From the NCBI GenBank assembly GCA_965198225.1, contig CBDAOY010000008.1, forward strand, positions 544,001 to 608,000: DNA of 64,000 bases, given 5' to 3'. Below, piece by piece: positions 10,002 through 18,914 of the stretch (position 1 is the first letter of the stretch; every line of letters begins with the position of its first letter). The notes beneath the pieces were generated by a model. The model was not told the DNA's origin. It saw only the letters and a program-made list of their open reading frames with translations, and made no database searches. The stretch comes from Terriglobia bacterium. GTDB taxonomy: Bacteria; Acidobacteriota; Terriglobia; 20CM-2-55-15. The position numbers and the translations under genes are program-made.

Positions 10002-11624
10002 ATGATGGACTCAGAATCTCATACAAGCACCGATGCTTCCCGGCCCGACGACAGGGCACAGGCTCGGGGTCTCGCCGAGCGCTACCGGTACGAAATGGTC
10101 GACCTGAGTGACGTGCATCTGGACGTCGACCTGCTGCGATCGACTCCGGTCGACCTCATGTTCCGGTACAACTTCGTGCCGCTTGCAGAGGATGGTGACG
10201 CCTTGGTGATCGCGATGGCCGACCCGAGCGATCTCGTTGAGGTCGACGAAGTCTCGGCGCTGCTGGACCGCCCCCTGATTATCAAGGTTGCGGCCCAGTC
10301 GGAGATCAGCGACCTCCTGAAGAAGTCCGAGTCCTCGCAGCGTGTACTGGACGAAGCCACCGAAGGCTTCAAGCTGGATATCATCCGCGAAGACGAGAGC
10401 GGCGATGAGACGATCACGATCGAAAAGATCACACAGGCGGAATCGAGCCCGATTATCCGCCTGGTCGACACCATCATCTTCACGGCCCTGGGCCGAAGGG
10501 CGAGCGACATCCACATCGAGACGGGCGCGACCGAAGTCGTCGTGAAGTACCGGGTGGACGGGACGTTGGGCCATGCCATGGATCCGATCGCCAAGGAACA
10601 CCACTCGACGATCATCTCTCGCATCAAGGTGATGTCCGAGCTGGACATTTCAGAGAAGAGAGTGCCACAGGACGGCCGCTTCAAGACCCGCTACAAGGGC
10701 CGCGCGATCGACTTTCGTGTCTCCATCATGCCGTCGATTCACGGCGAGGACGCGGTGATCCGGATCCTGGACAAACAGTCGATCAGCGAGAAATTCAGCA
10801 CTCTGAACCTCGACGTCGTCGGTTTTTCAGACAGCGACATCCGGAAGTTTCGCCATTACATCAACGAGCCCTACGGGATGGTCCTGGTCACGGGCCCGAC
10901 GGGAAGCGGAAAGACGACGACTCTTTACGGCGCCTTGATGGAAATCAAGAACGAAGAAGACAAGATCATCACAATCGAAGACCCTGTGGAATACCAGATC
11001 CAGGGAATAACCCAGATACCGGTCAACGAGAAAAAAGGCCTGACGTTCGCGCGAGGCCTCCGCTCGATACTGCGGCACGACCCCGACAAGATCATGGTCG
11101 GGGAGATCCGCGACATCGAAACCGCACAGATCGCCATACAGTCGGCCCTGACCGGGCATCTGGTGTTCACGACCGTCCACGCGAACAACGTCGTCGACGT
11201 CCTGGGGCGGTTCCTGAACATGGGGGTCGATCCGTACAACTTCGTGTCGGCGCTCAACTGCATCCTGGCCCAGCGATTGGTTCGCCTCATCTGTCCGGAC
11301 TGCAAGAGGACGGTCCGCCACACTGCCGAGCTGCTGAGCGAGTCCGGGCTCGATCCCGAGAAGTATGCCGACAACGTATTCTACGAAGGCGAAGGATGTA
11401 TCGAGTGCAATGGGACGGGATACCGGGGCCGGACAGCGATCCAGGAGTTGCTGGATTTGTCCGACCACATCCGGGAGATGATCGTCGACAAGAAGCCCAC
11501 GTCGGAGATCAAGCGCGCCGCCCACTCGGAAGGAATCACTTTCCTAAGGGAATCAGCGATAGCGAAAGTCGTTGAAGGGAAGACGACCCTTTACGAGATC
11601 AACAAGGTGACCTTCATTGAGTAA
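10002..11624 (+). CDS. pilB: Type IV pilus assembly ATPase PilB/GspE
   Basis: ASDIHIE, Walker A GPTGSGKTTT, TIEDPVEY, LRHDPD, CxxC...CxxC zinc motif. Confidence 0.95.
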   Translation: MMDSESHTSTDASRPDDRAQARGLAERYRYEMVDLSDVHLDVDLLRSTPVDLMFRYNFVPLAEDGDALVIAMADPSDLVEVDEVSALLDRPLIIKVAAQSEISDLLKKSESSQRVLDEATEGFKLDIIREDESGDETITIEKITQAESSPIIRLVDTIIFTALGRRASDIHIETGATEVVVKYRVDGTLGHAMDPIAKEHHSTIISRIKVMSELDISEKRVPQDGRFKTRYKGRAIDFRVSIMPSIHGEDAVIRILDKQSISEKFSTLNLDVVGFSDSDIRKFRHYINEPYGMVLVTGPTGSGKTTTLYGALMEIKNEEDKIITIEDPVEYQIQGITQIPVNEKKGLTFARGLRSILRHDPDKIMVGEIRDIETAQIAIQSALTGHLVFTTVHANNVVDVLGRFLNMGVDPYNFVSALNCILAQRLVRLICPDCKRTVRHTAELLSESGLDPEKYADNVFYEGEGCIECNGTGYRGRTAIQELLDLSDHIREMIVDKKPTSEIKRAAHSEGITFLRESAIAKVVEGKTTLYEINKVTFIE

Positions 11625-12492
11625 CTGGTTACTGGACGGTTTCAGGGAATTCTTCGGTCCGGACGTACCGCGCTGGGCCTGCGAGCTGACGCCCGACCGG
11701 GCCGTCGTCGTCGGCACAGGTTCCGACCGTCGGGGCGTCGTGTCCCAGGCCGCGCTCGAACTGCCGCCCGGAGCTATAGCAGGGGATCTTCGACAAGCCG
11801 GTCTCGTCGATGCCGACGGTGTCAAGGCGGTTGTCCGCCGGGCGTTGGACCAGGCGGGTTTTTCGGGATCCGAGATCGTCGCGGTTGTGCCGGACGGGGT
11901 TGCGCGAGTGTCGATCATGAAAGCCGAAACCTTCCCGACGGAGCCGGCACAGCAGCAGTCGTTCATCCGGTGGAAACTCAAGAAGAACGTTCCGTTTGAT
12001 ATCGAAACGGCCGGGCTTGCCTACAAGAAGTTGGCGCAGAACGGTTCAGTCGACATACTCGTCGCTCTGTCTCCCCGGGGCGTGACCGAGCAGTATGAAG
12101 ACCTGTTGGAATCGATCGGCATCCACGCGGGGATCGTAGTCCCTTCGACGATTGCCGCACTCAACCTTCTGGGTGCGAAGCAAGGCGATGTCCTTTTCCT
12201 GAAGGCGAGCCAGGAGGCGGTAACGACCAGTGTCTTCATCGACGGCCGCCTCAGCTTCTACCGCAGAGTGGGGGCCCAGCCGTTGTACGACGCGGTGCAT
12301 CCGACGATCATGTACTACCAGGACAAACTTGGCGGGACCGGGATTCGTGAACTCATCACTTGCGTTCATGACGCCGCGACCGGAGACAGAGCGGCCGAGC
12401 TTGGGACCCGGTTGGGTATTGCGGGGCGAAGCTTGTATACGGCTGATGTCGGCGACGTCTTCAAACCCGCCCTGGGAGCGCTTCAGTTGTGA
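11617..12492 (+). CDS. pilM: PilM-like actin-fold alignment protein
   Basis: Position in the operon; IRWKLKKNVPFD motif. Confidence 0.75.
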   Translation: MSNWLLDGFREFFGPDVPRWACELTPDRAVVVGTGSDRRGVVSQAALELPPGAIAGDLRQAGLVDADGVKAVVRRALDQAGFSGSEIVAVVPDGVARVSIMKAETFPTEPAQQQSFIRWKLKKNVPFDIETAGLAYKKLAQNGSVDILVALSPRGVTEQYEDLLESIGIHAGIVVPSTIAALNLLGAKQGDVLFLKASQEAVTTSVFIDGRLSFYRRVGAQPLYDAVHPTIMYYQDKLGGTGIRELITCVHDAATGDRAAELGTRLGIAGRSLYTADVGDVFKPALGALQL

Positions 12493-13088
12493 CGAACCGG
12501 TACCAGTTGAACCTGGCGACGCGTCCTTTTCCACACTACAGAACCACTAATGTTCTGCTGACCGCGATTCTGTTCCTGATCACCGGGTTCTCGGTGTGGC
12601 AGGTGCTGGGCTTTCTCGACTACACGGAGAGAGTGGCGGCGCTCGGCGGAACGGAGCGGGAGGTCCGCGTTGACTGGGAGTACCTGGGCGGGCGTGTCGA
12701 TGAGCTCCGACAGCAGCTCAATCGTCCAGAAGCCGTAGCCCAGATGCAAGAGATCCGGTTCCTCAACCAGGTTGTCGACCGAAAGTCATTCTCCTGGTCC
12801 AGCTTGCTCAGCGTCATCGAGGATGTCATCCCCCGCGGTGTCTACCTGACGGTCCTGGAACCGGACATCGATGACGGTGGACGGATCCGAATCGAGATGG
12901 AGGCGCGGGGCAGGAGCGTTGCCGAGATCAGCACCTTTATCGCCGGACTCGAGCAGACCCCGGTCTTCAAGGACGTCGCGGTCTCGGTAGAGGAAAGGGA
13001 CTTCGAGGACGGCCTGGCGGAGATACTTGTCTTGATGGATGCGGAGTACCTGCCGCAGAACATCACGGCGCTCGTGGAGGCCCCGTGA
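12489..13088 (+). CDS. pilN: PilN-like protein
   Basis: N-terminal LNLATRPF motif, one TM helix, coiled coil, WSSLL..IE..IP. Confidence 0.8.
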   Translation: MTNRYQLNLATRPFPHYRTTNVLLTAILFLITGFSVWQVLGFLDYTERVAALGGTEREVRVDWEYLGGRVDELRQQLNRPEAVAQMQEIRFLNQVVDRKSFSWSSLLSVIEDVIPRGVYLTVLEPDIDDGGRIRIEMEARGRSVAEISTFIAGLEQTPVFKDVAVSVEERDFEDGLAEILVLMDAEYLPQNITALVEAP

Positions 13089-13651
13089 AGCATCTGTTTC
13101 GGAGGCAGAAACAGCAATACCTGTTCGGGGGTATCATCGGCTCAACGGGTCTCGTTTCGCTCCTGTTTTTCCTGATCCTGTACCTGCCGGCTCGAGCAGA
13201 CTACCTTCGCCTGGAGGCGTCGATCGAACGCCATCGGAGCGAGACCGGGTTTCGGGCACAGGAGCTGGAGAGGTTGCAGGATCTGAATGACCAGCTCGAA
13301 ACCGCACGCACCGATCGTCTCCGCTTCCTGGCGGCGCGCTTCATCCCTCGGCAGGCTGGATTTGCCGCGATGCTTCCCGATCTGGAAGAGCTGGCACAAA
13401 TGGCGGGGATCGATCGGAGCCGGGTCCAGTACAGCGTCGATCAGAACGCGCAGTTTGGAGTCTACTCCGTTAGTATTAACCTGCCGGTTCGTGGGGACTA
13501 TGCTGCAGTAAATCGTTTTATCCGGGCGCTGGAAGATGCGGACACGTTCTTCATTCTGGATTCGATTGGCCTGACCCGTTCTGAATCGGGCGCCGCCGGC
13601 GAGCTGAATCTTTCACTGAGCCTGACGTCTTTTTTTGCTTATGATGGGTAA
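13085..13651 (+). CDS. pilO: PilO-like protein
   Basis: TM helix, coiled coil, LPVRGDYAAVNRFIRALE motif. Confidence 0.8.
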   Translation: MKHLFRRQKQQYLFGGIIGSTGLVSLLFFLILYLPARADYLRLEASIERHRSETGFRAQELERLQDLNDQLETARTDRLRFLAARFIPRQAGFAAMLPDLEELAQMAGIDRSRVQYSVDQNAQFGVYSVSINLPVRGDYAAVNRFIRALEDADTFFILDSIGLTRSESGAAGELNLSLSLTSFFAYDG

Positions 13652-14216
13652 GGACCGCCAACGTCTGAAGATCCTTGCGATACTGCTGGCTGCGCTGGCC
13701 TCGACTCTGTGGATCGGCGAGCAGATCAACCCGACTCCGGGGGCAGCCACAGCTCAGACGCCCGGCTCGGTCCCGACCCCTCCGGTTCCCACGACCGGCC
13801 TGGCCGAGATTGAGGTTGGGGGAAGCTGGATGATTGCCCCTGGGGAAGGCGCAGGGGATCCGGTGCGAAGGAATCCTTTTGAATACGGCCCCGAGCCGCC
13901 GCCCGTCCCGGAAACCCCACTGCCGGGTGAACCCGCCGGGGCTTCCCCTGAGGCCGCGCTATCGCCGGCTCCACCAGCCGAACCCCCGCCCCCGCCTCCT
14001 CCGCCGATTCCGTTCAAGTACAACGGCTATGCCGTCATCGACGGCGAGCAGGGGAAAATTCGCGCGTTCCTTTTTGAGGAAGACAAGTTGTTCTCGGTGT
14101 CGGAAAATGAGGTGCTGATGGGCCGCTACCGTGTCAACCAGGTCACTGAAACCTTCGTCGAGGTCGAGGATCTCGAATTCGGACGCCGTCAACGGCTCCC
14201 GCTCATCGTCCAATGA
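13641..14216 (+). CDS. Proline-rich PilP/GspC-like protein
   Basis: RNPF motif, poly-Pro linker, C-terminal beta domain; operon position. Confidence 0.6.
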   Translation: MMGKDRQRLKILAILLAALASTLWIGEQINPTPGAATAQTPGSVPTPPVPTTGLAEIEVGGSWMIAPGEGAGDPVRRNPFEYGPEPPPVPETPLPGEPAGASPEAALSPAPPAEPPPPPPPPIPFKYNGYAVIDGEQGKIRAFLFEEDKLFSVSENEVLMGRYRVNQVTETFVEVEDLEFGRRQRLPLIVQ

Positions 14217-15415
14217 CGAACGACCGCGGGTTCTCGCTCGCCGCCCTGATGATCTTCATGATGGCCCTGTCCATCTTCATGGCGGCAGCCGTGCCGGCAT
14301 ACCAGATGCAGGCGCAGCGTGAACAGGAAGAAGAGCTGATATTCCGCGGCCAGGAGTATGTGCGTGCAATCCAGAAATACCAGCGGCGCTTCGGCATCTA
14401 TCCCCCGAGTATCGACGCCTTGATGGAGACAAACGGCCTCCGTTTCCTCAGGCGCGAGTACACGGATCCGATCACCGGGGAGGCGTTCCGCCTTTTGACG
14501 ATTAACCCCGATGGCAGCATCAACGGTTCGACTCTCTACCAACAACGCGTCGGTAACGCGCCGCTGTTTCAAGGCGGGACACCGCAAATGTTCGGACAAC
14601 CCGGGTTCGGTCAGGGAGGTGCGGCCGAACAGCAGGGCGGGGGACAACGCGGAGGTCCCGGCCAGGGCTCTCAGGGTCGTGGCGGCGGAGGGCAGGGCTT
14701 AACGGGTGGTTTCGGTGGCGCTCAGCCGGGTCCGGGCGGTCTGGGTGGATTTGGCGGCCAGGCTTTCGGCGGCGGCCGCGGTGGCGGTTCCGGACAACAA
14801 CCGGGGTTCGGTGCGCCCACTCCCCAGGGCACGTTCGAAACAGGATCGTTCACCGGCCGGGGCCAGTCGCAAGGCGTGGGCACCCCAGGTGGTGCCGGAC
14901 AGCAGCAGGGCTTCGGGCCTCCCGGTGGGTTCGGACAACGCGGAGGCGGGAGCAGCCAGGGCAGGGGCCAGCAGGGCCGCGGTGGCCGACAGTCCGGCGG
15001 TGGCCGGCAGGCTCTCGGCGGATCAGGCCAGCAGGGTGTTGCCGGCGGCGCAGGGTTCGGGCAACAGCAGGCTGGTTTCGGGGGAGGGCAGCAGGCAACG
15101 GCGAGTTCTGGAATCGTCGGCGTGGCGCCCGAGAGCGAAGATCCATCGCTGAAGGCCTACAACAATCGGGAGAAGTACAACGAGTGGGAGTTCATCGCGA
15201 TGCCTGGCTTCGGGACCGTTCCTGCACCTCCCACCGGCCAGGGTCAGGGCGCCCCGACAGGTCAACCCAACCAGTTCCAGCAGAATCAGGCATCGCCGTT
15301 TTCAGGTACCCAGCCCAACCCGTTCCCGGGGGGGCCTACGAGGCCACAGCCCCCTGCCGGCACTCGACCCGGTGTACCCAGTCCCGGGCAGACCCGCCCG
15401 CCCGGTCCCTGGTAG
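14213..15415 (+). CDS. Minor pilin/pseudopilin-like protein with a long Gly/Gln/Phe low-complexity insert
   Basis: RG|FSLAALMI class III signal lacking Glu5; EEELIFRGQEY, YTDPITG and YNEWEF conserved blocks flank the insert. Confidence 0.75.
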   Translation: MTNDRGFSLAALMIFMMALSIFMAAAVPAYQMQAQREQEEELIFRGQEYVRAIQKYQRRFGIYPPSIDALMETNGLRFLRREYTDPITGEAFRLLTINPDGSINGSTLYQQRVGNAPLFQGGTPQMFGQPGFGQGGAAEQQGGGQRGGPGQGSQGRGGGGQGLTGGFGGAQPGPGGLGGFGGQAFGGGRGGGSGQQPGFGAPTPQGTFETGSFTGRGQSQGVGTPGGAGQQQGFGPPGGFGQRGGGSSQGRGQQGRGGRQSGGGRQALGGSGQQGVAGGAGFGQQQAGFGGGQQATASSGIVGVAPESEDPSLKAYNNREKYNEWEFIAMPGFGTVPAPPTGQGQGAPTGQPNQFQQNQASPFSGTQPNPFPGGPTRPQPPAGTRPGVPSPGQTRPPGPW

Positions 15416-15487
15416 CTATCAGCCATCAGCTTTCGGCTAAGGGACGATAGTCCCATCCGGTTGGGCCGACAGCTATTAGCTGGAGTC

Positions 15488-16357
15488 TCAACCGACTTTC
15501 ACCGCATTCGTCTTGGGGATAACCTTGTGCCCGTGCCGTTCGGCATAGATGTGGGTGAATTCCCCGCCCAGCAGCAGAATCGAGGTCGAGAAGTAGACCC
15601 AGATCAGGACGACCAGCAGCGACCCTGCCGCTCCGTACACCGACTCGATCGCGCTCGTTCCCAGGTACAGGCTGAAAAGGTATTTTCCACCCGCGAAGAA
15701 GACCGACGTCACGAGTGCGCCGACCCAGACGTCGCTCCAGGCGACTCTTGCGTCGGGAAGAAACTTGTAGACCAGCGCGAACAACACGGTTACCACCGCG
15801 GCGGAGATGGCCAGATCGACGTAGTGCCAGATGAAAGCGACCCCGGGGACCAAACGGTTTACGTAAACGCTGTAGGCCCGGATGAACGTGCTCAAGAGCA
15901 GGGAGGCCAGCAGGATGACGCTGACGACCATGACCATGCTGAAAGGCCAGAAGCGGTCGCGAAGAATTCCGACAATCCCGCGACCAGGCTTCGCCTCGAC
16001 TCTCCACACCTTGTTCATCGCAGCGAGCAACTGCGCAAACACGGCTGAGGCGCCGATCAGCATGGTCGTCATACCGACCACGGTGGCGATGCGGCCCCCT
16101 CCAACGCGCTCGGTCGTGCTCGACAGCGCGCGCGCAATCAGGACCGCCGCATCGTCGCCGACATAGTTGCTGATCTGACTCTGGATCTGGACGGTTGTGT
16201 CGCCGCTGTAGATCAGGCTGATGAGGGCGACCACGATCAGTAGGCCGGGTGCCATTGAGAAAGCCGCGTAGAAGGCGATTGCGGCACTCATCTGGAAGGC
16301 GCCGTCGTCGATCCAGCGGTAGAACGATTCCTTGAGCAGGTCCCAGACGGCGCCCAT
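15488..16357 (-). CDS. YihY/BrkB family membrane protein
   Basis: SAAIAFY, YKFLP, YGAAGSL..VLIWVY..ILLLGGE. Confidence 0.92.
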   Translation of the reverse strand: MGAVWDLLKESFYRWIDDGAFQMSAAIAFYAAFSMAPGLLIVVALISLIYSGDTTVQIQSQISNYVGDDAAVLIARALSSTTERVGGGRIATVVGMTTMLIGASAVFAQLLAAMNKVWRVEAKPGRGIVGILRDRFWPFSMVMVVSVILLASLLLSTFIRAYSVYVNRLVPGVAFIWHYVDLAISAAVVTVLFALVYKFLPDARVAWSDVWVGALVTSVFFAGGKYLFSLYLGTSAIESVYGAAGSLLVVLIWVYFSTSILLLGGEFTHIYAERHGHKVIPKTNAVKVG

Positions 16358-16496
16358 CAGAACCCGTACCCCGATTCGCCCGACAGGAGTCGATAGCCTA
16401 CGCGAAGCAGAGCCAGCATGGCCGTATCTTACTCCAGAACGCGTCTGCGCATTTTCGGTGTTTACACCGTTGACTCATTCTGTTACCAAGACGGCC

Positions 16497-17264
16497 ATGA
16501 CCTTCGAGACGATTAAACTCCAACTCGATTCGCGCACCGCCAGGATCGTTCTGTGCCGACCTCCGCTGAATGTGATTAACATTCCGATGATGGAGGAGAT
16601 CGATCGAGCATGGACTGCCATCGAGGAGAGTCCTGCGAATCTGGTCGTCCTGTCCGGTGCCGGTGGAAAGGGTTTTTCGGCCGGAGTCGACATCGCCGAC
16701 CATGCTCCCGCCCGCGTTCAGGAGATGCTGGAACGCTTCCATCATGTCATCCGAAGGATCTACTATTCGGCTCGCATCAGCATCGCGGCCATCCACGGGC
16801 ACACGCTGGGCGGGGCCGCCGAGCTGGCGATGGCCTGTGATTTCGTTGTCGCTGCCGCCGACCTCCATCTCGCATGTCCGGAAATCGACGTCGGTTGCTA
16901 TCCGCCCGTAGCCGCGACCGTGCTGCCCGAAATCGTCGGGATGCACCGCGCGTCTGAGTTCGTACTGCTCGGCCGAGCGGCGTCCGCTGAAGAAGCGAAG
17001 GCGATGGGGCTCGTCAACCTCGTAGCGCCGGCAAGTGAGCTCAACACTGCCGTCGATGAGTGGTTGAGCCTTCTCCTGAAAAAGAGCGCGGCTGTCCTGG
17101 GTATAGCGAAAGCGGCCCTACGCGAGGGTGGGGGCGCGGACTTCGACCTGCGTTTGAAACGGATCGAGGACTTGTACCTGCAGAAGCTCGCCGAGACAGC
17201 CGACATGGCGGAGGGCATCGAGGCCTTTTTGGAGAAGCGGCCTCCGGAGTGGAAGCACCGGTAG
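16497..17264 (+). CDS. Enoyl-CoA hydratase/isomerase (dienoyl-CoA hydratase-like)
   Basis: RPPLNVI, FSAGVDIADH, PEIDVGCYPP, EGIEAFLEKR. Confidence 0.88.
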   Translation: MTFETIKLQLDSRTARIVLCRPPLNVINIPMMEEIDRAWTAIEESPANLVVLSGAGGKGFSAGVDIADHAPARVQEMLERFHHVIRRIYYSARISIAAIHGHTLGGAAELAMACDFVVAAADLHLACPEIDVGCYPPVAATVLPEIVGMHRASEFVLLGRAASAEEAKAMGLVNLVAPASELNTAVDEWLSLLLKKSAAVLGIAKAALREGGGADFDLRLKRIEDLYLQKLAETADMAEGIEAFLEKRPPEWKHR

Positions 17265-17342
17265 TTTGTTAGTGACGAGTGACGAGCCGGAGGTTGCGTC
17301 AGGCCTCTAGGGGGGATGATAAGAGTCCGGTCGGTGGTCGAC

Positions 17343-17394
17343 TTTTCTGCTTAGTCAACACCCGGGGACAGGGCCAGGCCCCTGTCCCCCTCAC
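17343..17394. repeat. REP family A, copy 2 (inverted)
   Basis: Reverse complement of the 427-485 element; lies between convergent genes. Confidence 0.9.
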
Positions 17395-17433
17395 GTTGCT
17401 CTCTCGCGGAACGTTTAGCTGTACGAACAGGTA

Positions 17434-17895
17434 CTACAGCGCTTCCAGGACCTCTTCGAAGTGGCCGTCTACCTTGACGTTGGGAAAGATTTTAGAGATC
17501 TTGCCGTCTTCGTCGATGATGAAAGTGGAGCGTGCGATCCCGAGCCTTTTCTTTCCGTACACGTTCTTTTCCCGGAGTGCGCCGTACTTGTCGATAATCT
17601 TCTTTTCCGGGTCTGACAACAGCGGAAAATTCAGTTCGTACTTCTCTTTGAATCTCTCGTGAGACGCGACGCTGTCACCGCTCATACCGAACACGACCGC
17701 ACCGCGCTTCGTGAGCTTTTGCATTCCGTCCCGGAACGCGATCGCCTCTCGAGTTCAGCCGGGTGTGCTGTCTTTCGGGTAGAAGAACAGCACGACCTTC
17801 TTGCCTTTGAGATCCGACAGCCTGACGTTTTCTCCGCCATCGGCTTCGACTGTGAAATCCGGCGCCATCTGTCCAACCTTCAGCTCGTTTGCCAT
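17434..17895 (-). CDS. bcp: Selenocysteine-containing peroxiredoxin (BCP/PrxQ), 153 aa, Sec47
   Basis: ATG 17895 with GGAGG RBS gives [14 protein letters not shown]...[12 protein letters not shown](17757-17755)-TREAIAFRD..., in frame with the 17724-17434 ORF; TGA is at the peroxidatic Cys position. Confidence 0.9.
17721..17739 (-). promoter_or_regulatory. Bacterial SECIS-like hairpin
   Basis: GCGUUCCG-GGA-CGGAAUGC stem-loop starting 16 nt 3' of the UGA. Confidence 0.65.
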
Positions 17896-18014
17896 GAGCG
17901 AATCCTCCAGGAGACCCATACCACAGAATCAAGGCAGAGATTATATAATCAACCGCCCGGACCAGGACTTCCTGTCCGACGCAATCATCAGACGTCTTAA
18001 AAGAGGAATCAAGA

Positions 18015-18788
18015 ATGGACTACCGGAACGTCAAGTTCGAAGCCGAGGGCATCGCGTTTCTCACCATCAATCGGCCCGAGAAGCGAAACGCCTTGAATCA
18101 GGCGACACGCGACGAAATCCTCCACGTCCTCGACAACATCCAGGAGTCCGCAGCACGGGTTCTGATCATCACCGGCGAGGGTGAGAAAGCGTTCATCGCG
18201 GGCGCCGACATCAGCGAATTCGAGGGAAGAACGGCATTGGATCAGCGCGACGTGATGAAGCAGCGCCGTATCTTCGACGCGATCGAAGAGTGTCCGTTGC
18301 CTGTGATCGCCATGATCAACGGTTTCTGTCTCGGCGGCGGCATGGAAGTCGCGCTGGCGTGTGACATCCGCATCGCGAGCTCTAACGCAAGACTCGGCCA
18401 ACCCGAAATCAATCTCGGGATCATCCCTGGCGGCGGTGGGACCCAACGCCTGACGCGACTCGTCGGGGAAGGCAAGAGCATGGAGCTGATCCTGACCGGC
18501 GACATCATCGACGCTGGAATAGCCTACGACCTCGGTCTGGTAAACCATGTCGTTCCGCAAGAAGAACTCCACGACTTCACGTTCGGGCTGGCGAGTCGCA
18601 TGGCCGACAAGAGCCCCGTGGCGCTGGGCCTGGCCAAGGAATCGATCAAGAATGCTGGACGGATGGGAGTCCGTGAGGCGATGGAACGGGAGACGGACCT
18701 GTTCTGTCTGGCGTTTACGAGCGACGACAAACGGGAAGGCGTTTCCGCATTCATGGACAAGCGGAAGGCCGACTTCAAGGGGCGCTAG
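18015..18788 (+). CDS. Enoyl-CoA hydratase (crotonase)
   Basis: NRPEKRNALN, AFIAGADI, GGGMEVALACD, QPEINLGIIPGGGGTQRL. Confidence 0.95.
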   Translation: MDYRNVKFEAEGIAFLTINRPEKRNALNQATRDEILHVLDNIQESAARVLIITGEGEKAFIAGADISEFEGRTALDQRDVMKQRRIFDAIEECPLPVIAMINGFCLGGGMEVALACDIRIASSNARLGQPEINLGIIPGGGGTQRLTRLVGEGKSMELILTGDIIDAGIAYDLGLVNHVVPQEELHDFTFGLASRMADKSPVALGLAKESIKNAGRMGVREAMERETDLFCLAFTSDDKREGVSAFMDKRKADFKGR

Positions 18789-18914
18789 AATTCCAACGCG
18801 ACGCACCGGATCTACCGACCGTGACAAGTGACGAGTGAACAGTGACAAGTTACGTTTTGTCTTCTCTCGTCACTGATCACTCGTCACAGAAGTGGACACT
18901 CCCCCTCCCGCCCC

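Noticed and set aside
17434-17895. bcp as a nonsense pseudogene
   Set aside because: The stop is TGA exactly at the catalytic position, with a SECIS-like hairpin and selC nearby; both halves are well conserved
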